Below the pieces are notes generated by a model that was not told where the DNA came from, searched no databases, and saw only the letters and a list, made by a program, of their open reading frames with translations. 64,000 nt of DNA from Isurus oxyrinchus (taxonomy: Eukaryota): assembly GCA_026770705.1 (NCBI GenBank), contig JANJGN010000056.1, positions 1,674,001 to 1,738,000 on the forward strand, given 5' to 3'. Positions 24,396 through 35,825 of this stretch are shown here, piece after piece. A program made the translations under genes and the position numbers. Positions within the stretch are counted from its first letter, which is position 1. The number at the start of each line of letters is the position of its first letter.

Positions 24396-25300
24396 GTAAT
24401 GTTGTTGCGATTGTGATCCTTTCCAGAAGAAAGTGTGGTCTCTCCAAATGCATTACATGTTATATGATTGCAATGGCAGCGGCTGATCTCCTGTTTATTT
24501 GTACTGAAGTCATACTGAAGGAAATGCTGAATATTTATTTTCCGGATTCATTCTTGACCATGAGCACGGTATGCCATCTAACGGAGACATTGATTTATGT
24601 AGTCACTTCAGCCTCTGTCTGGTTGACATTGGTGTTCACCTTCGATCGTTTTGTGGCGATATGTTGTCTGGAACTGAGAAAAAAATATTGCACAGAGAAA
24701 ACAGGTGTAGCTGTCATATCAGTAGTGAGTGTTTTGAGTTGTTTGACAAACATTCCCTGGTATTTTGCTTATGAACCTGCATATATAATTGGCAATGTAC
24801 CTCGCGGTTGCAAACTAAAACAGACATTTTTCAGTTCTGCTGAATGGGCTGCATTTGATTTCTTTGTGCTAACTTTGACCCCACTTGTTCCATTCATTTT
24901 AATTTTGTTGCTAAATGTTTTGACGGTGAGACGTATTTTAGCTGCCAGTAGAGTTCGCAGGGGTCTCCGCGGTTGCTGCAATGGAGAGCATCACAATGAT
25001 CCAGAGATAGAAAGACGAAGAAAGTCCATAATTTTACTCTTCAGTATAACCGGCAGCTTTATATTGCTTTGGACAACTCCAGTCGCATATGTTTTCTCTC
25101 TGCATACAACAATCATTTCATATTCTGGCACTAATGAACTTGGGTCAGTTGCAATCATGCTTGCGGTCCTCAGCTGCTGCACAAATACATTCATTTATGT
25201 GCTGACACAGTCTAGGTTTAGGGAGGAGCTGAGGAACGGAATGCAATACTCTTTGAAACGGTGCGTAAAATTAGTCAAATTACAGCTGAAAACCAATTGA
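24396..25300 (+). CDS. GPR139/GPR142-like orphan GPCR gene A, coding exon 2 (TM1-TM7); full protein 324 aa
   Basis: Polypyrimidine tract plus TACAG acceptor ending at 24395. Open frame GNVVAIVILSRRKCGLSKC...MAAADL...FTFDRFVAICC...PW...RRKSIILL...W..P...SCCTNTFIY...FREEL, with seven hydrophobic segments and TM3/ECL2 cysteines. Confidence 0.93.
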
Positions 25301-25455
25301 CATATGCAGGAGGACTTAAAAACTGTGCCTGAAGGGAGTCACATTAGCAAAATACTTGAAGTGATGTATGCTGACTCTGGATAAAATTACATCCCAGGTG
25401 AAAATACTCTTTCATGGTGTAGTCTCAAATTGAACCCCTTTTCACTTTATTCTAT

Positions 25456-25493
25456 AATAAATGGTGGACTTGAGGCATGATGATAATAATAAA
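25456..25493 (+). terminator. Candidate polyadenylation signals (AATAAA x2) of gene A
   Basis: AATAAA at 25456 and 25488, about 160-190 nt after the stop. A positionally equivalent AATAAA lies at 50817 in B. Confidence 0.4.
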
Positions 25494-26889
25494 AAGCAAA
25501 TTACTGAACAACCCTGGTTATAGTTGCAGGGTTTGAGAGTTTGAATTGTGATGCCAGTCTCTGATCGCATAGAGCTCATTGGAGCAGATGCTCTGATCAA
25601 CAGTCCATACATCACAGGCTGGATCAAAATAACTCGAACAAGCGTAACATAGAAAAACAGCACAAATACCCTTCAATGTCTCTTCTGGGCCGAATAAGAT
25701 ATGGGGCAGTTTTCAGAACAGGTTTCATGAAACCTGGCTCCCCCCAAATATCCGACTGTTGCACAATGAGCTGCTACTCAGAGTTCCATATAAATCACAT
25801 GATTAAAACAAAGAATGCCTGGTGATCACGTGCTTTGTGAAAGACTGGGCATTGGCGCAATTGATCATATGGTAAATTTAAGACTCATTCCAACGATCTA
25901 TCGGACTTAGAGACGGTTCCATATCTTGATTTCAAATTTCCCTACAATTCCTTTGCAAGCTTGCAAAACTCAAACTTAATTATTCACGAAGACAGGGACG
26001 GCCTCCTCCCCACATGCTCATTCACAACAGTCTATGTTTCATGTTTTCTGGTCTTTTCACACACACGGCCACCAAATGCTTGTTATCACAATTCACAGAT
26101 GCTGTGGCGTCTGAAAATTATTAATTTGAAGTCCACTCATCAAAACAACGAGTGAAGCTTCCACCAGATATCCGCACCAATTCCCAGCTATGAAACGTCC
26201 ACTCGCTCATGGCCCAACCATAATCATCTTCCTTTCTATTCCTTTGTATTTTGTGCATGAACAAACATAATGTAATTCTTCTCTTCACATATTCTCATCA
26301 TTTATTCCCATTCACTTAAACACAGATCGTAGATGCAACCATATACAGGTTACAGCACGGAAAACAGAATTTGACCTGCCCTTTCCTTATTGGCTCCCTG
26401 AAGAGGATATGCATCGATCATCCACTCCTACTCCTTGACCATGCTGTCTGGGTCATTCAGTTTTCTCAGATGCTAACACAAAATCGCCTTAACCTTTCCT
26501 AGTTGACCAGTCTAATCATCCAGGGAAATGTTTGGCCACAAGAACGGCCAATTAAAATAGCAAATGGAACGTGCCGTTAGATAGAAACCTACACCTGCTG
26601 TCAAGGAATAAATGAACATTTAAAAAAAAAGATTCGGTCATGGCATGAGGGTTACAGCTGGCAAGAAAAGCATTTATTGCCAAACGCCCATTGTTCTTAC
26701 AGCAAAGTGAACGTGATCCACCATTTCGAACAGCTACAGTGATTGTGATATTTCGCAGACGATGCCTTTGGCCTGAATTACTAAATAACCACAAGTCGGC
26801 CACGCAGCAATCTTTTCTAAATAGTTCCTCTGACCTTTTGGCACCTGCACTTTCCAAATATACACCCCGGCTGCTGAGCTCCCAGTCAT

Positions 26890-27880
26890 TTTAGTTCCTG
26901 AGGGAACCTGATTTTCTCAGGGTAGTGACCGACGCTCAACAGTGTTCAGTTCTCTCTTCAAAGATCTTTCCTCCATTGCAAAGTCAATAATGGAGATGTT
27001 CGCTGATGATGCACAATGCTCAACAGCATTCCCAACTCCTGATATAGTGAGGCAGCCTAGGCCAAACTCAGCATGTCCTGGACAATATACAGGCTTTGGC
27101 TGACAATTGGCAAACATAATTCAGACCACACATGTGCCAGACAATCACTGTGTACAAAACAGATAATTTAACCAACGCCTGTTGACGTTCAATGGCATTA
27201 ACGAATTTCCCACGAGCAGTGATTATCATTGACTGGAAACTGAATTGGATTAGGCATATAAACACAATGTCTACAAATCCACTTCAGAGGCTAGGAATCC
27301 TGCGGAGAATAACACACCTTCTGGTTCCCCAAATCCTATCCACCATCTTCAAGGCAAAATATAGGATTGTGATGCTCTACTCTCCACAGGCCAAGATGCT
27401 TGCAGCTCCAACAAAACTCAAGAAGCTTGACAGCATTAAGCAGAAAGCAACTGGTTGTTTGACACCACATCGTCACACATTGAGTCCCTCCACCGCTGAC
27501 GATCAATGGCAGCAGTGTGTGCCATCTACAAGAAGCACTTCAGCAATTCCCCAACACTCCTTAGGCAACACTTTCCAAACACACGACCGCTACCATCTAG
27601 TAGGATAAGGGGCAGCAGGCGACAGAGAGCACAAAAACCTCGAAGATTCCCACCGCACCCCCCCCCCCCCCCCCAAACTACTTGCAACCCTGATTTCGAA
27701 ATGTATTGCTGTTCCTTCTCTGTCGCTGGGTGTAAATCCTGGAAATCCATCCCTATGTGCACTGTGGGTGTACAAGTACACGAGGGACTACTGCTGTACA
27801 AGAAGGCAGCTCTCCACCATCTTCACAAGGGTAAGTATTGATTTCCAAGAAATGCTGTGCCAGCGATTGAAGCCAAAATC
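26890..27880 (+). mobile_element. Decayed non-LTR LINE RT and 3' end
   Basis: MFADD and KLNWIRHIN...QRLGILRR...STIFKA...YSP fragments. Confidence 0.72.
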
Positions 27881-30800
27881 CCGTAATTGAATAACAGAAT
27901 CGTGGGGGAGTTCTGATTCTTCAATAACCAGAGAACGTTTCAGTGTTTTCTCATTTTCTCGCTTTTTCCTGCCTTTTCTCCTCACCCGCGCAATATTTCA
28001 TCCACTTGTTTCTCTCACTGCACGTGCTACTGATTGCATTCTAAATATGAATTTGGCCGCAGATTTATGTTAACTAATCAGACGCCCCCAATCTTACACA
28101 GAAAGGGAAGGTCACCCGCATTGAAAAGTCAGCACGGCGCACCCCACATCCTGCCCCCAAAGTGCGGTGCCAAGCGTGTTTGCCAAAATTATCCATAGCC
28201 TAGGCATGGCTGTGACAACCACATTCAAATATCGAAGAATCTGCAGCCTGGTCACTCTTTTCAGCCACATTCTTTACAACTCTGACATTCTGCTTCCTTT
28301 GACTCTCTCTACCCCTTCTGCCAAAGTGTATCATTTTGCCCTGCAATGCATTAAATTGCATCTGCTAATTCCTTGCCAATTCTGCTCTTTTTTCCATGTC
28401 CGATTGCAATGGATTCGTATCATCCTGACTGATTATCATCCAATCCACCAAAGTGGTATCCAATGAAAGCAGCGACGGGGGGAATATATCGCGGCCACAG
28501 TGGGGGAGTATGAGATTTTCGCCGGATGAACGGGAATTAAATTTTATCTCACTGGAGGGAGCGGTATGAAAGGGGGAGAGCAAGACCATGGCGGGTGATG
28601 GGCATAGTAAATTCTCTCTATCTCTCCCTCTCTCATTCTCTCTCTCTCTCTTAAATAAACGTTCAACCTCCTAAATAGTAAGTATAATGCCTATAATAAT
28701 GGTTATTGTTTCTGCATTTCAGCATTTGGCTAATTCAACTGACAAATTATTTATAAGCCTCCTTGATGATTATTTAATCACTATGTGGTCAGGACTCTGA
28801 AACAACTGTTTCACTGTTCATGGAACTCGGACAAAAAACATCTCACTGAGCACCGTACATGGAGCAGTCAGATTTCAGGACCCGTCATTGTTTTACCTCT
28901 GTCAAGATCGCCATAGGACCTCCTGTCACATTGTCGGATGGAGCAGGGGATTACGGGATTCATACAGTGATCCTGACAACTACAGATGTAACATGAGACA
29001 GAGTCCGAAATGCAGCAATGGAAGCCCTCGCATATTAGTATTGAATATAAACATAGTAAAACAACCAATGATGCTGCACCGAGCATTATATGGCAAAGTG
29101 ACAACAACAAATCATATTGATATGACATATTTAACACAATCACGTGGCTCAAGTTGCTTCAGATCAGCTCCACATAACAGAACATGACAACTGATCAAAG
29201 GGATAGTCAAACGGGTCGGTCTTAAGAATTATCTTGAAGCAGAAAAGGGAGGCAGAGATTTGGAGCCGCGCTGGGGGTTGGGGGGGGGGGGCGGGTGGGG
29301 CTGTGCGTGGCGGGGATTCCAGAGCATGAACTCTAGGCAACTGAAGGCAAGTTCAGTAATGTTGGAAACATTATATTCGCAGAGGATAATGCAGCCAGAA
29401 ATAGACTACCACAGTTATCATGGTGTCTTAGGGGGGGAGGAGGAAATTACAGAGATAAGGAAGGGAAAACGAAGAGACATCACAGACGTCAAAGTGACAT
29501 TTATTCGCAAATGACTAACCAACCACAGATGAGTTGCCTTCCCTCGCCTCCTGTTTTTAAGCTCAAATATTCACTTTTAATGCAAAAAGAATTGGGGGTG
29601 TCACAGGTTATTAGATCGAGGTGAGTGCGCAAAGTACAGAAAGTCCGAATAAGAACACCATGTTTTTTTTCTAAAAAGAATGTTCGCCTTTCAGAGAAAG
29701 AAAGAGATGGGAGGGATCACTAAACACGTAGAATAAAAAGCTTTCCCAACATAATTTGCTTGTTTTTGCTTCAAAAGTAAAAAAATGCGTTATTCCACCA
29801 TCTTGTTTCATGTGAACATCATTGTGGGTGGAATCTTTATTTAGTTTTTAGTGGTAACAGTGATTATTTCACCCTTTCCTCTCCCCCAGTGAAACTGACA
29901 GGAGGCGCTGTATATCAACAGATGCTTATTACCCTCTGCTTATTTTTGTTTAATCCTAGTTATTATTTCAATCTTGCTGCTCTGATCAAAGAGAGAAGGA
30001 GCACACATGGGGACATTAATCTGCGTCAGAACCCGAGGAAGGGACTGATCTAGGCAGATACCATTGGTCCCATCATTATTTTTGCTCTCGCCAACACATA
30101 TCTTCATTGAAGCAGGGTGAAATGGAAAGGGCAGGAGAGGGGTTTGAACTTCTGGTTACAATGCGGCGCAATAACTCTTCAGATGTTTGCCTAGCAGAGA
30201 CTTAATCAGGTTAATTGCATTCTGGTAAAAAATCAGCAGCTTCTGTCTCACTCGGCCTCCCTTTCTTTCTCTCGCTCTCACACACGCACATCTCTCATTT
30301 CTCTCTCTTTCTCTCAATTCTCTCCATCGTCTTATCTCGTTTGTTTACACTGTGATAACATCGCCTTCACGATTTTCCATGTTCCCGAATCCAACTCATC
30401 GACCTTTCCTGCGCAGTATTCTCGGGACTGGAGCTTTCATAAAGGGAAAGTGGCCTGGACCAGGTAGTCAGTTCAAAAATACGGGATAAAACAAACTGTA
30501 ATCCAGGGAACTGAACTGTTTATAAATACACTGAAGGGATATACCATGCGTGGATTTATGGCTCTGATTAGAGTGTGCAACACAGAAAGGTATGCAGACA
30601 CAGGGATCTGATGCATGGTGTGTGGCCTTACCGTTCTCCAAGCAGTGAAATGCATGTAACTATTCATAAATAAAGCGGTGGAGTTGATTCGGAGAGAACT
30701 CGCACAGTTGGACACTCTCAGAAACATTAACGTTTACATAAGTCCAGCAAACTTCCAATTAAACGAAATCCGGAACGGAAATCCTGGCATAATATTCCCA

Positions 30801-31899
30801 CTAATTGTGTTAATGGAACAATTGGATTGTCTCTAAAAATCTGGATTTGTAATGCCATATGGTGGAGGACATATTTCGGCCTCACACTGCCCGACCTACA
30901 AGTTATTCCAGTCCCACGGTAACGTGCTTGACTCTTAACTGCCCTTAGAAATGGGCGAGAAAATAATCAGTTTTATAAAGACGCTGCAGAAAAGAAGAAT
31001 AAGGATGAAATCGTACTGCCTATCCAGCTTGAACCGAGGGACTGCTCGGCACCAGCTTCTCTAGTGCAATCATAGATCAGCAGCAAAAGCAGGTCTTGGC
31101 TGTGGTGGTCACCGCCGATGAACGAAGAGGGAAAAGTGCAGTTAAACCAACCCTGCCGTCGAGCCTCAGTCACATCTGGGGTCCAACACGAAAACAAAAG
31201 TGCTGACCGTTGTTTTACTCCAGCTTGCGGAAACTCACAGTCTTAATAAATAATTACCAACGTGGTAGAACGAAACATTCAATCTGCCTAAATTGTAACA
31301 CTGACCATAAACAATGCAAAGAACGTTAAGGAGTTCTGTCCTTCACAGGCCTGGATGGTCCAATGTTGAAATACAGAGGAAACGAATACAAGAAGTCAAA
31401 CTGCCTTTACCTTTAAGGTTACATATCTGGAATAAGTAGAAAGTTGTTTATTTACTTTAAAATAATCATGAATTATATAAATGCATCCAGTTCTCTGACG
31501 ATTATTAAGGAAGAATTTAACGGGCCTAGCTGGTATGTAACACAGGGACGGCAACAATTCCATTAACATTTCACTGTCCGCTGGTAAAGTGGCCCCGATG
31601 TCTGCTCGGCCGAAAACACATATTCGAAAGAATTGCTGAACTTTTGACTTTTGAGAGCGACGAAATTCTAAATGTCTTAAGGGTTCATGTGCTTTTAAAA
31701 TAAAATGTTATTTGTTATATTTACAATTAATTTATTATTAATCTTGACTTTTTTCGTTTGACCTCTTCCCCTCAGTGCAAGGTGCCTTCTCATTCTACCA
31801 ACAGAAATCCTTGTGCGACCGGATGGAGCAGGTTTCCAAGGCTGATGCGTTCTTTTTCTGTTTATTCTCTTTCTCTAAACTCCAGCAGGAAGGTATTTT

Positions 31900-33015
31900 T
31901 TAAGGAACTGAAAGCAGAAAATGTAGGATTTCATGTTCCAATCAGGCAGTGCACATGATTTTCTGAAATAACAATCGTGTATCAAGTTATTAGTTATTTG
32001 AGGATGTAACAAGGACGATGAGGAAATAAGGACGATAAAATGCAGTTTTATTTTAAATTACCTAAATATATCAGCTACGTTTCCACTTAAAAAAAATGAA
32101 TACACATGTTACATCGTCATGGGTTTAGGGTAACATAACATCATGACTATCGGGCGGCTTAACAGGAAACAGAGTCGATATAACTGGCTCGTTTTTAAGT
32201 TGACGAACTATATCTAGACGGGTGAGGATACCATAGGGTTCAGTACTGTGGCCTCAAGTTTACCCAAACCGTTTTATAATGTTGACTTGGAAAAAGAAAT
32301 GGAGTGCACTGCGGTCAACTTTACTGGCGATATAAATGTGCATTGAAAAATAATTCTGATACCGTTGCAAAGACTCTGCAAAGATAAATGTTAAGTGTTT
32401 GTTCAAAAATAATAAAAACACGTTGCAGGAACCTATAGGAAATTGTCTGATCGTCATTTTGGTAGGTATAATAGAGGCTGAAGATTTGAAGGTAGAGATA
32501 GAATTCTGTCTGTTGCAGCAGAATTTCTCCAGATTTTCTCGAACATGTATCATGAAGAGTTAGCATACCGGTACAGGAAGTGAAAAGTAAGGCATATAAA
32601 ATATTAGCCTTCACTGGATGGTGGGTGATGTATGCAAGTAGGGATTCCTTGCTGCTGCAAAACGTTGGTGGTGTCTTGGGCGGTTAAGCTCTCCTTATTT
32701 AAGTGGCATTGCAAATGCGTTAGGCACAGTTTGTAGATGGATCACACGACTGCTTCCTTGTATGAAAAGCTTGTGTTATGAGGAAAAGTCTGTTCATTGG
32801 GCCGCTGCTCATCAGAATTTGGAAAGGTGGGAAGAGATATTCTTGAAACCTATATGGTTCTGGAGCGGGTTTATCAGTTTAGATGTTGAGAGGATGCTTA
32901 TCTAGTGGGGGAGTCTATTACTAGGGGAAATGTTTCATGTTAAAAAGGCTCCCTTCCAAACCAGAGAATATGGGGAACTTCATTTGTCAGGGGGCCAGCG
33001 CTATTTGGAATTCAG
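31900..33015 (+). mobile_element. Decayed CR1 RT region (paralog ~62050-62730)
   Basis: QHGF.K..SC.TNL..F.DVT...DAV-like motifs, clearest in ORF 61955. Confidence 0.65.
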
Positions 33016-33101
33016 TGTTACAAAGAACAAACAACAGTAGACTTAGGTCCTTAAATAATTTCTCGAAATACTGGGGATAGTCTGCAGTAATATCAAACCA
33101 A

Positions 33102-33315
33102 GAATTCATTGTCACAGAAGGGTGTGGAGGCCAGCTCATTGGGAGTATTTCAGATCGAGGTAGATAAGTTCTTGGTTGTTCAGGGGATCATAGGTTACCG
33201 GGAGAAGGTGGGAGAATGCGGTTGAGAAACCAATCAGCCATGACTGAATGGCGGACAAGACTCGATGGGCCGAATGGCCTAATTTATGCGCCATTGTCTT
33301 ATGGTCTTATGGTCT
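33102..33315 (+). mobile_element. Relatively young CR1-type LINE 3' end
   Basis: Terminal gatgggccgaatggcct followed by a tandem TCTTATGG tail. Confidence 0.8.
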
Positions 33316-34919
33316 CCCTGTTCCCCGAGCTGCAACAAATTTTAAAAGAGTTTCAACAGCAAGCACATTGCCCAATTCTACCAAACCTTTTAGTTTAGAT
33401 TAGCGGAATATGAACGTCAGGCCTGGAAACTTAACATGTGTTATGACACAACATTATTAAAGGCTGAGCTTGTTAAAGACACAGAGGGCAAATTTAAACA
33501 AATGTCATAACCTGTCTTTTCAAATCGTATGCTTTGAGTTCTTGCTCTAAATTCAGGGGTAAAACCATTTGTTCTCGACAGGTCCTCTAACAGACTAAAT
33601 GAGACATTTATTAGTTTGCAATAAATTAAGCATGTACATGTGGCTAGAATTTACTATCATCGTAACATTTTTGAAAAAAATGCCAAGTAATTCTCCACCA
33701 AGGCAACAATATTTAATAGACTTAGCCAGATACCAGGCAAAGCATTTTCCCCTTACAAATTCAAAACAAGTTTCCTTTCAATCTCTTTGCTTTGCACACT
33801 GTTGGAGGCTTACAGCTGTTTGATGTTAGATGCTTCAGCCTTTCACACACAAGCTCCCTTCTAAGCTTTCTTTGAATGTAAATTCTCAGTGAATTACCAC
33901 GCCCTTTGGGCATGACCTCTTCCAACAATAAAACCCATATCATTGCACCAACTCTTTCAGTAATATAAATATTGTCTGGTGTCTCCTGGCAAGGTGAAAG
34001 ATTTCACTCCCCTCTTGAATGCTCCATTCAAGAACATGCAAATGCAACTTTACCTCTGTTTACTTCTCAACAATAGTATACACCAAAGAACCGAGAGTTC
34101 ATGGTCTTAATCCAATTGAACAACAGAGTGGCTCACCCACAGGCTAAGCCTCTATTTGGAAATAAAATTTGGTGCTTTGTTGCAAAACCTGCATTTTATG
34201 TTTGTAAAGAATACTTTAACTCCTAAGTGAAAGTAAGAAAGAATTTTGGAAGGAAGAACAATTGAAGTCAACATTATGATGTTATTAGAGCTCTGAGATG
34301 TGAAGCTCAAGTTCAAGTTGCAATGTGGTGGAAGATAAAACAGCAAATTAAACGAATTATTATTTTAATTGCATCTCGTGTGCTGCTGCAGGAAGAAGGA
34401 TACAGTTCCAGAACGCAAACAGGTATCTCAGCATGAAACCGTGGGTATAATTATGTGACAACATTACAGGGACTTTGAATCTGTGGATTAAAATAATTCA
34501 AGGTGAGAATTCATAACAGAATCAGATAGGGAGAACAAGCCAGGTGGATTCTGCGTAGGACAGTGACAATTGAGAAGAGGATTGCGCATTTGGATTGCTG
34601 CTGGAAATCGGATGCAGTGTGTCTGTTTTCTGAAGGGACCTCGGGCCGAACTGTTCTGAGTAAAGCTAATTGGTCTACACCTCAGGAATAGGGCTTGACG
34701 TGAAACACTTTATCTTACACACTGAGAGCAGAGAGTGTACTTGTTGCAACGGGAATTGGAGTAGAGGAATGAAGAAACTTTGAAAGGTCTGCACAGTGTT
34801 TTGTTGACGCAACACCTCGACTTTTGTGCGCAGTTTTTGTCTTGTCATTGAAGAGAAGAAACGCAATCTTCGGAGGTGGTAGAGAGAAGGTTCACAAAAC
34901 GGGTGCCTGGAAATTGCAG

Positions 34920-35215
34920 GGAATGGAATTCAACCCCAAGATATGCCACGCTAGTAAGCAACGGCGGCGCAGGCTCGAAGGGGGATTTGATCCACCACAT
35001 TCTCCAATTTCTTGTGTTTTTGTGACTACCCAACATTGAAATTTACATCTCACCTGAAGTATCAGTGAACTATTAATGTTTGAATTATGTTGAGTTTGGG
35101 TCCATCGCAGCAATGCAACTATTTTTTTTTAAGATGTTCGGATTATTTATTTTGCTATCATGAATATCCAAATATTCTGTACGGTCATCGTAACACCGGA
35201 GCTCCCTTCAGGTCG
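34920..35215 (+). pseudogene. Possible decayed first exon of a GPR139-like gene (longer N-terminus type)
   Basis: DVRIIYFAIMNIQIFCTVIVTPELP resembles a pre-TM1/TM1 segment (..IQ.IYYP.LA.VGVP). No clean donor and no linked exon 2. Confidence 0.3.
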
Positions 35216-35701
35216 CTCATGGACAAATGCTGCCTTGACATCAAGACACGTCATTATCATCGCAGCTCCTGAGTTCAGCCATTTTGTATGTTATACACGC
35301 AAAGCTGTAATGAAGCCATTAGACGAATGGCCCTGGCAGACCTCCATCCGTGTATCAATGAGCTAGTGGTGTTATGTAACTGCCGCTTAATACCAAAATG
35401 ACAACTTGCATTTTATTGCTTATGACCAAGGCCAGATTGATGGACGGGGATTTGCCAGGGTTATATTTCTCATGCTACTTGCGTAGGGCACACACTGGGG
35501 CACTTTTTCCACATGTTCGGTAGCATGTGCTTTTGGTATGTCTGCGCTGATGTTTTTGGCCTCCGGTTTCGTCTGGCTATAGAGCCCGAATGTTCAATAA
35601 AATTGCCGGGATTGTGTCACCCCTACAGCTAATGCTGTTTCCAGTCCTTTCAGCCATTTCCTGCGATTTTACCAAGTAAATCAAATATTCTACAACCTGA
35701 T

Positions 35702-35825
35702 GGAAACAGAATTAACATGTTGAGTGCGGATTCTCTCCGCAGAATCTGCCAAAACTTTTGAGGTTTTCCAGCCTAACTTGTGTTTATTTCAGATTTCCAT
35801 TATGAACAATATATTGTTTTTTATA
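35702..35825 (+). mobile_element. Old Penelope pLTR-like remnant
   Basis: tctctccgcagaatctgccaaaac...ttttccagc...tcagatttcca resembles the pLTR end at 6740-6850. Confidence 0.45.

Larger units (their letters stand above)
9850..32600 (+). repeat. Segmental duplication unit A
   Basis: Colinear with 36650-62730. Anchors: 9885/36684, 12590/37327, 15391/40327, 24396/49723, 28465/58723, 32560/62706. Confidence 0.9.

Noticed and set aside
33400-34380. Unique AT-rich spacer sequence considered as a transposase or exon relic
   Set aside because: No motif, terminal repeat or splice pattern that I could support.
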